DNA from: Antedon mediterranea
Lineage: Eukaryota > Animalia > Echinodermata
Length of the DNA stretch: 64,000 nucleotides
Assembly: GCF_964355755.1 (NCBI RefSeq)
Contig: NC_092673.1
Location: 2,914,001 to 2,978,000, forward strand
Direction: 5' to 3'
Both the position numbers and the translations under genes were made by a program. Below, piece after piece: positions 11,901-26,900 of the stretch. The notes below the pieces were generated by a model. The model did not search any database and had not been told where the DNA came from. It saw nothing but the letters and a program-made list of their open reading frames with translations. Positions within the stretch are counted from its first letter, which is position 1. Every line of letters begins with the position of its first letter.

Positions 11901-14900
11901 TAGCCTAAATATTTAAATGTCTTGGGTTCGCCTGCCATTTTTTTAGTTCACGGGTTGTGTCCACTTAATCGGTAGAACCATACCCTTCAAAACAACCTTA
12001 GATCCGCCACTTCGATATCCCTCAAGCTTGGTTCCCACTAGACGCAACGAAAAGACGTACGCTACGCAAGCGAATTGACCAATTACATGTGACAGTTGGA
12101 CTAAAGGCCCATTTACACTAGGGCGATAACCATCGACGACAAAAAGATAAATATGCATTTTTCATACCTAAAACAAAAGAATTTTAAAAAGTTTTCATCC
12201 TAGAATTAGAGGATTATCATCTATGCTGCCTTTTATGAAAATAATATTTCCACACGTCCAATCAAATGACGTCATGATTAGTAAGAGCAATAATATCGTT
12301 ACAATACAACGATTTTATTGTTTTCATTGATCATGACGTCATTTGATTGGTTTTTCAAAAATAATATTTTTATTAAATACAGCATATATGATTATCCTAT
12401 ACTGTAGTTCTAGAATGAAAAATGTTCTAATTTCTTTCGTTTTATCAAACAAAAATCTATGTTTATCTATTTATCGTCGATCGTTATCGCCCTAGTGTAA
12501 ATGGGTCTTAAACTTGTGATTGGTCATTCGCCTTCGTTGTGTTGCGTCCTTGTGGAAACCAAGCTTTACTTGATAGTATTGCAATAAAAATGATAAATTT
12601 GTTTGCGGAAATATTTGGATTGTTGTGTATGTAGCGGTTTTATTCAGATGTATCGTTCTATAATGTCTTCCTCCCAGCAAAACCTTGGTACCGTCAGTAA
12701 AAGAACCTCACAGTGTTACGTTTGTTAGGCTATTAATTAAATCAAAGACTAATACCCGTTTGATTAATAGTTTACGTTTCAATGTAGGTTAGAGAAATGG
12801 ATATTACAGTTGATATTGACTCGTTTTAAACGGAAGTCTTCACAATTAATTTGGATTACACAGTTTTATGTGGCCGTTCTGTCACTTTTAAATACCCAGT
12901 GGCGTTAATATGTAGAATGTTCTTTGAAGAGCCTCGACCGGTTATCTCAGGTTAAGCACGTAGTGTATGTAACATTGAGGAGAAAATTCCGTTTTATGCT
13001 CTTAAAAAGAAAACATGCTTTATTGTTGTTGTAATGAATATGTATCAGTTTGTTTGCCATTGACTACGGTAATTTTTTTGGGCAATCTTTTCATATAATT
13101 TGTTATGTTCTGGAAGTTAGTGTTAGAGTGTGATAGATATCTACCCTTGACTCCGCAGTCCTCTTCCATTGTGTTAAGACCAAATTACACAGACGAGCGG
13201 TAACGGTAAGCGGAAAACCGCGTAGTTTGTCCCATGTAAATCTGCATCTATCTACCTTTAGCAGAAACCGCCCGTCCATTCCGTGTTGTGTGTAAATGGT
13301 CATAAAGAATAACATAGATTCTATATGTTTGTTACCGTTACAGCTCGTCTGTGTAATTGGACTTTATGCTCTGGCCGCCAGATTTGAAGAGTCACATCAC
13401 CCCCCCCCCCCCCCCCTTAGCAGCACTCATTCATTTATGTGTTGTTTAATATTATGTAATGTTTGCTGAAGAAAACTAAAATTTAATATCGTCACTTTGA
13501 CGAATTATAGTGATCATTTTTATAATTTTTTAAAATATGCACGTACGTTAAAATACGATCGCAAAAAAAAATAAACAAAACACGTGAATAACTATAGGTT
13601 TTTATGATGTATGGTCGTTTCATCATCATGGTGTTATAAACTCGTATATTTTTTTTTGCTGATTACTTTTTTAATTGTTACTGTAACCTAGGGTAACCAA
13701 GGATGAGCATATATTAAGTTCATTACCTAGTTTTATCAGTGACTTGTAATGTCAATTAATACCATTCTTATTTTTTAATGCTTTATTTCTTTTCACAAAT
13801 GCTTTGCATACGTTTTTTATTTTCATTTGTACTTGACCGGAAAATCATAATGAGCCATTTTCTGACAGTAATGATTAATTATCGGCGTGTTTCGTAGCTA
13901 CACGCTTAGAAACACACTACACTTCCATAATATACGGTTTCAAATATAATTATAAATTTAGATTTTTAAAATACGTTTTCTGAACAGGTCATTATAAGGT
14001 GTAGTCAATAAGTGATTAATTGATATGTAACCTAGGTTACGGTGCGTCGTTCGAATGATGCACGCGTGAATCATATATAAATATAGCATAGTAATCAATG
14101 ATATTTTATTTGCTGTATTTCACAGAAAATAGACACGTAGAATTGAATAGTTAAGATTAAATAAATCTAAAATCTATATTGTATCTGTAATATGCGTTTA
14201 GTATGGTGGGCCGACGTTGCCTAAAGTATCATGTCAATCATTTTCCTATAATTGCTTTGAATTATTACATCACGAGTTTAGGGCGAATTGCATGTTAAGA
14301 ATTGTTATGATGTTATTTGATTTTTAAAATAGATTTTCTTATATTTGGATGTAGGCCTAATTATTTTTCCAAATGTGTTTCGATTATTGAGGAACCCCCT
14401 GCCTCAGCTGCTAAGCTCCCGTTCCGGGCCAACAAAATTCTAATTCATGAAATATCATAAATGGTTAATCCAAATCAACTCGCTAGCTTTGTATGGTTTA
14501 ACCCAGTTAACTGATTAGTGATATTTAAGCTTGGTTCCCACTAGGACGCAACGTAAGGACGTAAAGGCAACGCAAGCGAGTTGACCAATGACAAGCGACA
14601 GTTCGAATAATCCATCGGTTGTCATTGGTCAAATCCATTACGTTTCGTTACGTCGTTGAGTTACATTTTACGTTACATTACGTCACGTCGTTGTGTTGCG
14701 TCTCTATAGGGAGGGAACAACGCATTACACAGCTGACTATATAGTCTGTGATTATTCCGAATATTTTAACTACATCGTTGGCAAAGAGGAATTCCATTAT
14801 TGAATTCTCATTAATACCCATTCTGACATGATAATGAAGTTATTAAATTATGTATACAACTAGTTTTTAATACACTAGCACCGCAATGTGAACGTGACAA

Positions 14901-17900
14901 CCAGCCGCAGTATACCTAACGTTTGGCATTAAAATAAAGCAAAGAATTAGAAAAATAGTAATTAAAACGCCATAAACCGTCTGCTCAACAACTGCTTGGA
15001 TGTCGCGCGTGCCCAGCTCTGAGACCGACAAATCCCTGGGCTTTACGGAAGGATTAACCTAACAGGGTTTTCCTACGAGACTGCGTTAAGTGGATCAACG
15101 CCCTCGCCAGATTATTCGGCTAAATTTAGTATTTATTAATGATTTTTACTGTTTAACTACTGTAATTGTTCTCTGCAGCAAGGCCTTTTCTAGGTTTTTA
15201 AATTCTGCGTCTTCCGAGTAGGCCTATGCCTGCTCGTATGCCTTCCGAGTAGGCCTATGCCTGCTCGTATGCCTTCCGAGTAGGCCTATGCCTGCTCGTA
15301 TGCCTTCCGAGTAGGCCTATGCCTGCTCGTATGCCTTCCGAGTAGGCCTATGCCTGCTCGTATAAGATAAATTAGATAACACGTTAAGCTTGGTTCTCAC
15401 TAGCGACGCAACGCAAGGACGTAACGCAACGTAAAGCTTGGTTCCCACTAGAACGTAACGCAAGGACGTAAACGCAACGCAAGCGTTTTAACCAATGACA
15501 AGCGAAGTTATAGACAGTTAGCAATCACAAGCGAATAAGCCATCGCTTGTGATTGGTCAATTCATTTGCGTTGCGTTACGTCCTTGCGTTGCGTCGCTAG
15601 TGGGAACCACGCTTTACGGCTGGGGCAAACACAATTATTAAGCTTGGTTCCCACTAGAACGTAACGCAAGGACGTAAACGCAACGCAAGCGTTTTAACCA
15701 ATGACAAGCGAAGTTATAGACAGTTTGCAATCACAAGCGAATAAGCCATCGCTTATAATTGGTCAACTTGCTTCGTTGCGCGTACGTCCTTGCGTTGCGT
15801 ATCTAGTGAGAACCACGCTTTACGTTGTAAATCTACACATTTATTTTGGAAATTAACCCAAATTAAACTGGCCTATCTCGATTTATAGATCCTTTAAAAT
15901 ATACCATGAGAGGATAAAACATCTGGTCATGAATACCAATTCTGTAATAATACGCTCAGATTCAAGCACGCCCTCTTAAGCTTGGTTCCCTCTAGAACGT
16001 AACGCAAGGACGTAAACGCAACGCAAGCGTTTTAACCAATGACAAGCGAAGTTATAGACAGTTAGCAATTACAAGCGAATAAGCCATCGCTTGTGATTGG
16101 TCAATTCACTTGCGTTGAGTTACGTCCTTGTGTTGCGTCGCTAGTGGGAACCACGCTTTAAAAAGGGACTACTTTTGCCCAATAAATGTCTATGCGTCTT
16201 AAAGGAATATCTTTTTTCAGTATAAGATCTTTACTTTCTTGATTACAAATAATACATTCACTTGTCAACATCCGATGACGTCTGGATCATCAGAATGTTT
16301 CCCCAGTCGCGCGTATATACCTACCAGTAATTTCGTTTAATAGCCTGCCCTTTGTCGCGCGCGCACTTTTTAACTATATAAGGAGGTGCGTCAATTTGCA
16401 GACAGATTAATTTAACTTGATAAACCAGCGAGGAACCTAACAATTAAAAAACTGAATTTAATTAATAATAATCACCTTTCGGATATTATTTTCTAGATTC
16501 CATCTCTTGTTAAATGTGACTGGCCGTCTGGCGGATTATGCAACGTCCCTTTGCTTACTGCAACCGACAAAATGAAATTGTTCAAGTCGAGTTTCTACGT
16601 CAAACTAGTCTAAAAAGTCATTAAACTGTACAAGTTTGTCGCCCTAAAGTTCAAGTTTACAACGCTGATAATGAATCATTTAATTAAATAATGGCCTGGT
16701 ACAAATGCTTTCTTTTAGTTGATAATAAAAAATAAACTTTTCTTTTTAATAATTTTCATTTTTTCCAACTGAGCATTCATTTTTTCCTATTGTAAATATA
16801 TGCAAAATGATTTATGTTCAACAATGCATAGTAAAGCTTGGTTCCCACTAGGACGAAGCGCAAGGACGTAGACGCAACGCAAGCGTGTTGTTGCGTTACG
16901 TCCTTGTGTTGTGTCTCCAGTGGGAACCAAGCATAATAAAAACATTGTTTTAACAGAACTCGATAATAATTGTGAATTATAGGGTGAGGGATGTTGCGAG
17001 TATGGTAACAAGATACGAATCAGGCGAAATCTGTACCGCCGCATTTACACAGACGAGCGGTAAAGATAATAAACATAGAGAATCTATGTTATTCCTTATG
17101 ACCATTTACACACCGCGTGGAGTGGACGGTTTCCTGCAGGATAGATAGAGATTTTACGTGGGACAAGCTACGCGGTTTGCCGCTTACCGTTACCGTACCG
17201 CTCGTCTGTGTAAATTGGCCTTCATCGTGTGTTCATTTATTTTGTCAAACATAGGCCTATAATAATAATACAATAGAAATGTGTTTTTATCATAGCAGTT
17301 ATAGAATTGATGTTTGAAAGTTGTTGTAGATAACAACCTTTGTCTTGTCTGATTATGAAATACATTCTAATTGTAATTCCATGTTTTAGAGACTTAGGAT
17401 ATTTAATTATTGATGCCTTGTAAAACCACTGTCTACAAAACAACAACATTATTGCACAAGTTACACTTACAATAATGCGTCATTCATGGATGAGCTGTGT
17501 TCATACGCATTGCAATGTATTATTAATGAGTTGGGTCCAGTCCAATTATTAATTACCCCCTCCCCCTCCCTCCAAAGAAAAAAAAAGAAATCATCTCGGC
17601 AGCGTAGCCATATACTATTCATTTTCACCTCATTATTTAGTTTATACTTTTAATTAAATTAATTATGACCGAATTGGGTCACTCTTTCCTGGATCCTCGC
17701 TCGTTCATAAAGCGTGTTTCCCACTAGCGACGCAACACAAGGACGTAACGCAACGCAAGTGAATGGCTTATTCGCTTGTGATTGCTAACTGTCTATAACT
17801 TCGCTTGTCATTGGTTAAAACGCTTGCGTTGCGTTTACGTCCTTGCGTTACGTTCTAGTGGGAACCAAGCTTTAATTTAAGGACGCAACGCAAGGACGTA

Positions 17901-20900
17901 AACGCAACGCAAGCGTGTTGACCAATGACAAGCGACAGTTCGAATAATCCATCGCTTGTGGTTGGTCATCTCACTTACGTTGCGCATTAGCAGTATACAC
18001 AAGTGTTGTTGAATAAAGAATTCAATGAAATGTTGACATCTGCATCATGTGTGTTTAATCTGGCGAACTGTGATCTAGCGTGCTGCTCAACATCCTTCAT
18101 TCATCCGTTCGTCGGACGCAACTTATCAACTTTCATTATTTTCTTCTTCCATACAACTTTCGGTTTCGCTACACTGTTACGGAATGAATTATAAAATGAA
18201 TGGTTGTTCAATTCCTCCGTGTTAACATCTTTGTTTTTAGTGTACTGGAGTAAATTGAACACGCATTTAGTACATTACTTTTATTACACAACGCATTGTT
18301 GATTTTGAACACTGCTTAAAGATGTATTGTCCCCCTGAAAAAAATGATTTTTTTAATTTGTTTTGTATATGGCATTTTAATGTCACATAATAGTTATGAA
18401 CAAAAATTAAATCGAAAGAAAATTTATTTAACTGAAAAAGTCAAATAGTCAAATTGACTGCCAGCAATGGGTTTTTGGTTGGATTTGACAACAACAAAAT
18501 TGTCATTTTATATGATAAAACATTTTTTTTCCCGTTTTTTTTTTTACGGAAGGGATTAACTTTGTTTAAAATACAAAATAACATATTTAATTCAAGGTCT
18601 GATTTAATTAATCTTCATTTTTCATGTTTTAAGGGGAAAAACATTTTTTGTATAACAATTATTAAAATAGTAAAGTACCATAATTCTACAATAACAGAAT
18701 GAAGACTTATTTTTTATTCCTTGGTAAAATGCTAATTTTATTAGGAACTTACTGCAGTATAGCTAAGACCTTGTTCACACTGCCAACACACAACTTGCGT
18801 CACGATGCTTATAAAGAACATTGTATGCGACCCATTTTAGGTTTTAACTAACAACAACAATAACATTAAGCGTCAAAAAATAACATTTGTCTGTTGATCC
18901 ACGGATCTAGAGGGGGTAGGATTGTATGATGAGAGGCAGGGGAGGCATGATTTTAAACGCTTGCAATAATATATCAACTCGTCCACAGCAGCGATATGCG
19001 AACTGATTCAAATTTGTGTATGAATTGAACGGAGCTGAGCTAGATTAAAAAACAAGGCAGGCTCTGACGTCATTGATATTAAATCGCATTTGTAAGTGCT
19101 TTTAACTAAGATTAAGGCCATATTCATACAATATGTATCGTTTTCTCTGTGTTCACACTTAAGGTTTAGATGCATACACGTCACCATCTCCGTTTGGACT
19201 GTAAATCAAATTCAGCATTTTGCCTAAAATGTTTTACTTTTTTCGCCTTCTACAAAGAGCTTTGAAATGCATCGATTGTTATTCCAGTAAATATAATACT
19301 GTATGTTTTATATACGTTAGGCTTAGATGAAAGATTTTGGTAACAGGTCGGCCCTATAGCAATATCAAAGGTGGTAACCTTAAAGCTTTGTTCTCACTAG
19401 AGAGTGAGAACCAATCTTAATGTGTCCGTTTGCTATGCGGTTATGTCCGTATTCAACGGTTATCAAATTTAGTACCATTTGGCGCTTTACATTTAGACCA
19501 TTTAACTTTAAGCTCTGTCCACACTATTAAATGTTATGTGACAAAAAATGTGATGTGCCCATATATGGAGACGATGATGTCATATTACTACCATATTTAA
19601 GCATATCACTACTATATTAGGGCACATCACTACCATTGGGCATATCACACTTTTTTTGTCAAACTAGTTTGATAGTGTAGATAGAGGTTAAAGTCATGTA
19701 TCATGGTGATTTTAATACGAATGAAGCAAGCGTGTGTATTATGTTGTAGTTTGGTGTGAACCATGCCACTGTAGTAATGTAAGCCTGTATCGTATGTTAC
19801 ACGCGTCGATATTCGTTATATCAGGCAAGTGCTTTTCTTAATAAATTAATTGATGGATGTTAGGACACGTTTGAGATTAATGACTTGTTTTCAGTTGTTG
19901 TCTTCAACTGTTGGATATTCAGCATATTGTTTTTTATTAAGTGCATTGGATTTTTATCTTCACATCCCTTATATAATTTATTGTGAAACGTATTGAAAAT
20001 TAACATTGAAGACGAATCAACGCACTTTTGCTTTACCGTAAATGACCGAAGCGCCGCGCGGTATAATATGCGCCGCGGTAGAATAAGCTCCGCAGTAGAA
20101 TAAGCGCCGCGGTAGAATACGCGCCGCGGTATAATAAGCGTGCACGGGTGGTGTAGATAAACACCGTATCATTCGTTATATTAAGAGCGCCGTGGCTGAC
20201 CATAATGTGTATATGGGTGTTATAGAGGAATTGTTTAGGCTATGCCATATAATTATTATAATATATAGAGAGGCCTATTTATTATATTATCAATTGAGGG
20301 ACTTGTGCTGTTCCTCCGTACCACGCCGAGAGTGTTAAGAGTCCTTATCCAATCGAATTTGAACAATACCATAAAAGCCCTAGTGCTCTAATGGTTAGGA
20401 CATCAAGCAGAAAGTTCCGGGTTCGAATCTCGACATTCTCACAGATTGCCTCATCATAATCGTTCCAAATTAATTAATTAGATTTCAGCATATCACCGGG
20501 CTGTTTTATTAGAATTCATCTGTGCCTGTTTATTTATTATAGAATATATATAATAGTTATGAAAACAACACACGAGCGTAGCGTACTTCATCGAGTAGTA
20601 GTTATGGGTATGTTGCATCAGCGATTGTGGTTGTGAAATATATTGTGTATACCGTTTAATCTGGGAGTTGTTATTAGACAACTCCCTGGTTTAATACTAT
20701 GCACGGTCAAAGCTTGCGTTTTTGTTGTAATTTCGATTTCGAAGAAAATGAAAAAAGTGCAGCCACCGTCGAATAAAATCCACACTTCGACAAACGTTTA
20801 TTGTTTTTGAATGACTATACAGAATTATCAAGAACTTGTTTAGTTCCAAACACATTAAGTCAAAGATCAATTAGCAATTATTGGTTAATTGGTAATACGT

Positions 20901-23900
20901 CATTACATGTTTGTTGACTTCATGGCATTGGAAGCCTTTTTATTATTGGAGAATTGTTATGTAACGATGAAGCAATATATGATTCTTTGCTGAGATGTTA
21001 TGGGCATATTGGTGGTGGTGGTGGTATTTACGAAGAAATATATATATTTTTTCACAATTGTTATTGTTCATGAGTAGGCCCTATCCCAGTTATTCAAAAA
21101 GACAAAAGACATTTTATTTTAAACAAAAACTATTGTTTGCCAGACAATTTAAGTATTTTTTTGCTTTAATTTACATTCATTCAGGTAAATAATTTTTTTT
21201 CGATACAGTTTTTGGTCAAAGTGAATAACTATTATTTGACATTAAAATGGCATATTTAAAAAAACAATTTTAAAAGATAATTTTTTAGGAGGACAATATA
21301 TCTTTTAAACTGTTACGTCAACAAGTCGAGCGGCGTTTTTTTTTGTAAGAAATATTTCGTTATTTATAAACAGGGAGGTTTACATATCCCTGATGAATAA
21401 GCTTATTTTATGAACAGTAAATGTGGCATGTGTATTGCCATTTACAAACATCTCCAGCGTATTTATAATCGATAAAAAATATACCAGCAACATCTGTATG
21501 TCAATAATACCTTGAAAACAGTTAAAATGATTTAATGTATTACAACGACGAAAATACAAATTTACCACCAAAACAACAATTGTGAACATACATAACATAA
21601 TACAAATAATGTTGCCGCACTGCGTTGTTAAGTGATTTACATCTGATTTACATATTTTTATACCGTATTATTTGTGTTTTTTTTATATAGCTCTGCCTAC
21701 ACGATGGAACTAGTCATCATGTCCATGGGCACATCACATACATATTTTGTCACATACAGTTTAATATAGTGTAGACAGAGCTTTAAACACTTGTCCGTCT
21801 ATATTTTTAGGGACTCTACAGCTCACTGTCGGTCGGTTGGTCGGTAAACACTAACTTGAGAACGCGACATGGCCTTGTTTATTATGGTTTTGATGAGAAT
21901 GTTCTTCAACCCATTTGAAAACAACATTTTAGTTAATTCTATATGTTTTTGCTTGGTTCATCATTAGGCCTACATCTAAATTGTATTTAATTGAGATTTC
22001 TAAAAGTAAATCGATCAAAACCGATTTGGTTTATTTTTTATTTTTCTAGTCGACAATACTTTACCATAATATCTTACACGATATTTATTTATGAAAATTA
22101 AAATGAGTTCTTTTACCTTAAAGATGTATTGTCCCTTGAAACACAATAAAATGAAGGTCAAAATATTCTAAATTTAAAGTGGCCATATCAAAGTAATACA
22201 GGTATTAAAGTTATTCACTTTAAGTCGAAAATTCGAGCCAAAAACAACAAGTTTACGTAATTAACAGGTAAATTAGTTTGATTACATTTCATCTGGAAAA
22301 TCGTCACGAGCAAAAGTAAACAAATATTTCAAACCATTAGTACGCATTATGCATATGCTAAATAAGGATATTATACAACTCGTCACGGTTAAGAAGGTAT
22401 TTTCACACAGATCATGAGTAAGTTTTATGATTATGCATACAGAGTAGCCAAACAAGCGCGTTTCATTATGGGATATGTTTTGATTGAAAACTTTGACTGG
22501 AAGTCAAAGTTATTTTTTTAACAAAAAAACGTCTGTATTTCAGTTAAACAATTTTTTTTTCGAAAAATTTTTGGTGATAGTTAATAATTATTATGATACT
22601 TCAAAATGACCCACGTTTTTTCGAAATCTTTTATTTTTTATTTTTTTGGAATTAGTCAAAGGGACAATACATCTTTAAACATAACAGGTTGTAGATATTA
22701 AATACTTCCGGACTGAGAAGATTTTCATAGTATTCTTATTATTACGAACAATCATTAAAATTAAAACTATTTTTCTATGTAAAATTTATATTAATAATTT
22801 CGATCCGTGAATAAGAATATCGAAGGCGGTAGTGCATACTTCCGGATAGATTCCGTTTCTATTCTATGAATTTTCGTAAATCTGAACAATCGGATTAAAA
22901 ATGTGTTTCTATGTAATGTTGTAAATAATAAATATTGTTTGTTTGTTGGCAAGATATTATATTATCGTAATTAATATTTATTACGTCATAACCTGGTGTT
23001 ATAATTGTCAACAACTAAAGAGCCGAATAATTTGAGAAATGTGACGGATTTTTACAAAACGAACGAACGTCGTTCAACCGCCGTCAACCCGCACGCGAGT
23101 TCAACCGCCGCCAACCGACGCACGTTGAACCGCCATCAACCCTGCACGCCGTGCGTTGAACCGCCGTCAATCCTCACGTCGCGCGTTCAACCGCCGTCAA
23201 CCAACACGCGCGTCGTTGAACCGCCGCCGTCAACCCGCACGCGCGTCGTTAAAGCGCCGCCGTCAACCCGCACGTACGTGTTAAATTTACCTGCATTTTT
23301 TTAATGAATTCTTTGAATACTATTTTTAGTAACATCATTATTATCTATAATAATAGGCCTACGTACATGTGTATTATTTCCTCATTATTTCTTCATTAAG
23401 TCTTTCAAAATAGACTCAGTTTCGTATGGCTTAGTTCTTGGTATAACAGTCGTAACTATAGACTTATTTCAATGGTCATTGTCCTACCAATTATTAAAAA
23501 AATATATATTTCTTTGAATATATATTTTTTTTTATACATCGTATCTATCGTTTCCTTCAATGAATCCTGGCTCTTCCAAACTTTGAAAAATAAAATCTTC
23601 ATAATTCTTTAAAAAAAAATAATGTGGTTTGTATTTTAAAAAAAATATTAATTCGATCTAAACTAATCTGCGTTTTTGTAAAAATCCATCACATTTCTCA
23701 TACAAAATAATTACATAGCATGTTGTGTTGTTGCAACCTTGGTGTCAGTGCCATTTCACTCGTCTACCACCCTATAATCTTTCTCCAGTAGCATAGGAGT
23801 AGGCCTACTTATAATACAACATCACATGTGTTTCACATGTATCTCCTACTATCTCAAACTATAACATAACCGTAAATGATTCACATTATTTGTGATACAA

Positions 23901-26900
23901 GATTATATTATTCCTGATATACTGGGCACATATTTTACTGTAGTAATGTGGAGATAGGCCTACAGTGGTTGAATAAGGGTATCTCAAATACTGTAATTGT
24001 TATTAGAACGCCGTTTTTGTTTGTTTGGAGGGTTTTTTTTCTTGGATATAAAATACACACTTCGTACCCGGTAAATCATGTTATAATAATGGGTTATAGT
24101 TCTCACTGATTATAAATTGTCTTCCGATAATCTTTCGAATCGTACAGTTACATTCTAGGAATACTCAATGTTTCTTACTAGTATACGTATAATATAACAA
24201 TATTAGTGTAGTTGAATACCATCCCGAGACTACCTGCGTTTAGAGGTCATGTGATTGTGGAATAATGTTCCTCATCTTTCTCGTTATACGTGTTTGTGCC
24301 GAGTATAGCTTCCAGTTGTTATAGGCTATATGAATATAATAACGGATTAATGATTATTTCTCACTCCAGCTTGCCGATTTCCCTTTCTATGGCGCTTTTG
24401 AAGTGTGAACAACCACTATTTTCCCTCCTCTTTTTCGTTATATTTTTCTCCTTTACACCACTGCGTCATTTATATCGCTCTTTAAATACTTTTGTTTGAT
24501 TGGAAAATTAATGTCAAAAGAATTTTTTGAGTACACACTTATCTCAATCAAACCTCTGTCTCCTATGAGCCGAACTCATTAAAATAAACAAATACGGTTG
24601 TAGGTCGTGTTTGACTGTCGATTTTGTGAGAGCAGAATAGTCGTTTATTCCCACTCCTGCTTATTCCAGGACAGTATACCTCCTTAATTGGCATAAGGAG
24701 TGCCCCCTAAATTGAGGTGTCCCACTAGAACGCAACACAGTGACGCAAAGTGCTGTCTTGCGTAATCACAAGTATACAGTAGGAACCGACGACGCAATAG
24801 TGCTGCAAACATCGTGGCAGGCGCAAACACAATGATTGGAAGGGTATTTTCTTACGTTGCGTCGCTAGTGGGACCCAAGCTTTAAGAACGGGTATACAAT
24901 ACTTCCTATGTTATGGCATGATGATCATCCTCCTGCGTTCCTCTTTTATATTATATGTAGCCCTAAAATATAAGCATATATTGTGTTTTTTATTTCCGTA
25001 TTTGATACTTATCTTTAGCTCTTTAAGTTAATGCAAATGTATTTATTAGATATCAAAAACAAGAAATAATGATTGATTCGTGTTATAAGCCATGATTCTT
25101 ATCAGCGTACGATCGTAATGGATTTAATCAATTAATACTATATTGAATAATATAAGATCCGCCAGGGATCTGTGTTCGTTGGTGAAGCCATTATCGATGT
25201 AATGAAAGTCTACATTAAAAAATAATCAATTGTAATTTTTCACAAATCCATTATTGATATTCCAATTGCGTCATTCGTTTTATATTATCGTTGTTTAGTT
25301 CGCTAGCATTGTATTACATGGATGTGATATTTGTACTGAATAATGCGTCTCTGGAGACTGTGAAACGGATTGAACTTCGGTTTCTGGTTACAAACTTTGA
25401 TCGGTGCATGGCTTCCATTCGCTCTTCCTTCTTGTGGAATATTTCGATAGTCCTGTGATGATCCTAATTGGGTTGCAGAATCTGCATCAGCTCATGTCAA
25501 CATCGCATCCTCTTCGATTGTATTATCTCAGCTCATGTCATGTCATCATCGCATCCTCTTCGATTGTATCATCTGCATCAGCTCATGTCATGTCGACATC
25601 GCATCCTCTTCGATTGTATCATCTGCATCAGCTCATGTCATGTCAACATCGCATCCTCTTCGATTGTATCATCTGCATCAGCTCATGTCATGTCAACATC
25701 CCATCCTCTTCGATTGTATCATCTGCATCAGCTCATGTCATGTCAACATCGCATCCTCTTCGATGGTATCATCTGCATCAGCTCATGTCATGTCAACATC
25801 GCATCCTCTTCGATTGTATCATCTGCATCAGCTCATGTCATGTCAACATCGCATCCTCTTCGATTGTATCATCTGCATCAGCTCATGTCATGTCGACATC
25901 GCATCCTCTTCGATTGTATCATCTGCATCAGCTCATGTCATGTCAACATCGCATCCTCTTCGATTGTATCATCTGCATCAGCTCATGTCAACATCGCATC
26001 CTCTTCGATTGTATCATCTGCATCAGCTCATGTCATGTCAACATCGCATCCTCTTCGATTGTATCATCTGCATCAGCTCATGTCAACATCGCATCCTCTT
26101 CGATTGTATCATCTCAGCTCATGTCATGTCAACATCGCATCCTCTTCGATTGTATCAACTGCATCAGCTCATGTCATGTCAACATCGCATCCTCTTCGAT
26201 TGTATCAACTGCATCAGCTCATGTCATGTCAACATCGCATCCTCTTCGATGGTATCATCTGCATCAGCTCATGTCATGTCAACATCGCATCCTCTTCGAT
26301 TGTATCATCTGCATCAGCTCATGTCATGTCAACATCGCATCCTCTTCGATTGTATCATCTGCATCAGCTCATGTCATGTCAACATTGCATCCTCTTCGAT
26401 TGTATCATCTGCATCAGCTCATGTCAACATCGCATCCTCTTCGATTGTATCATCTGCATCAGCTCATGTCATGTCAACATCGCATCCTCTTCGATTGTAT
26501 CATCTGCATCAGCTCATGTCAACATCGCATCCTCTTCGATTGTATCATCTCAGCTCATGTCATGTCAACATCGCATCCTCTTCGATTGTATCAACTGAAC
26601 CAGCTCATGTCATGTCAACATCGCATCCTCTTTGATTGTATCAACTGCATCAGCTCATGTCATGTCAATATCGCATCCTCTTCGATGGTATCATCTGCAT
26701 CAGCTCATGTCATGTCAACATCGCATCCTCTTCGATTGTATCATCTGCATATAGCTCATTTCATGTCAACATCGCATCATCTTATCTTCGATTGTATCAT
26801 CTGCATCAGCTCGCTTCTTTTATATTTTAGTATTCACATCTCCCCCCCCCCCCATTGTTATGTGTGTTATAATCAATCATCAATACAATGTCTCTTAATC

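Noticed and set aside
6559-15363. CRISPR-like appearance of the 43-bp and 31-bp arrays
   Set aside because: Head-to-tail repeats with no unique spacers and no cas genes, in a eukaryotic context.
21155-21190. Recursive splice site (pyrimidine tract-CAG|GTAAAT) in the giant intron
   Set aside because: Lies within a Kolobok-like repeat end; such motifs arise by chance in AT-rich DNA, and nascent-RNA data would be needed.
23005-23304. 99-aa Pro/Thr/Arg-rich ORF
   Set aside because: Non-ATG start and derived from a GC-rich tandem repeat.
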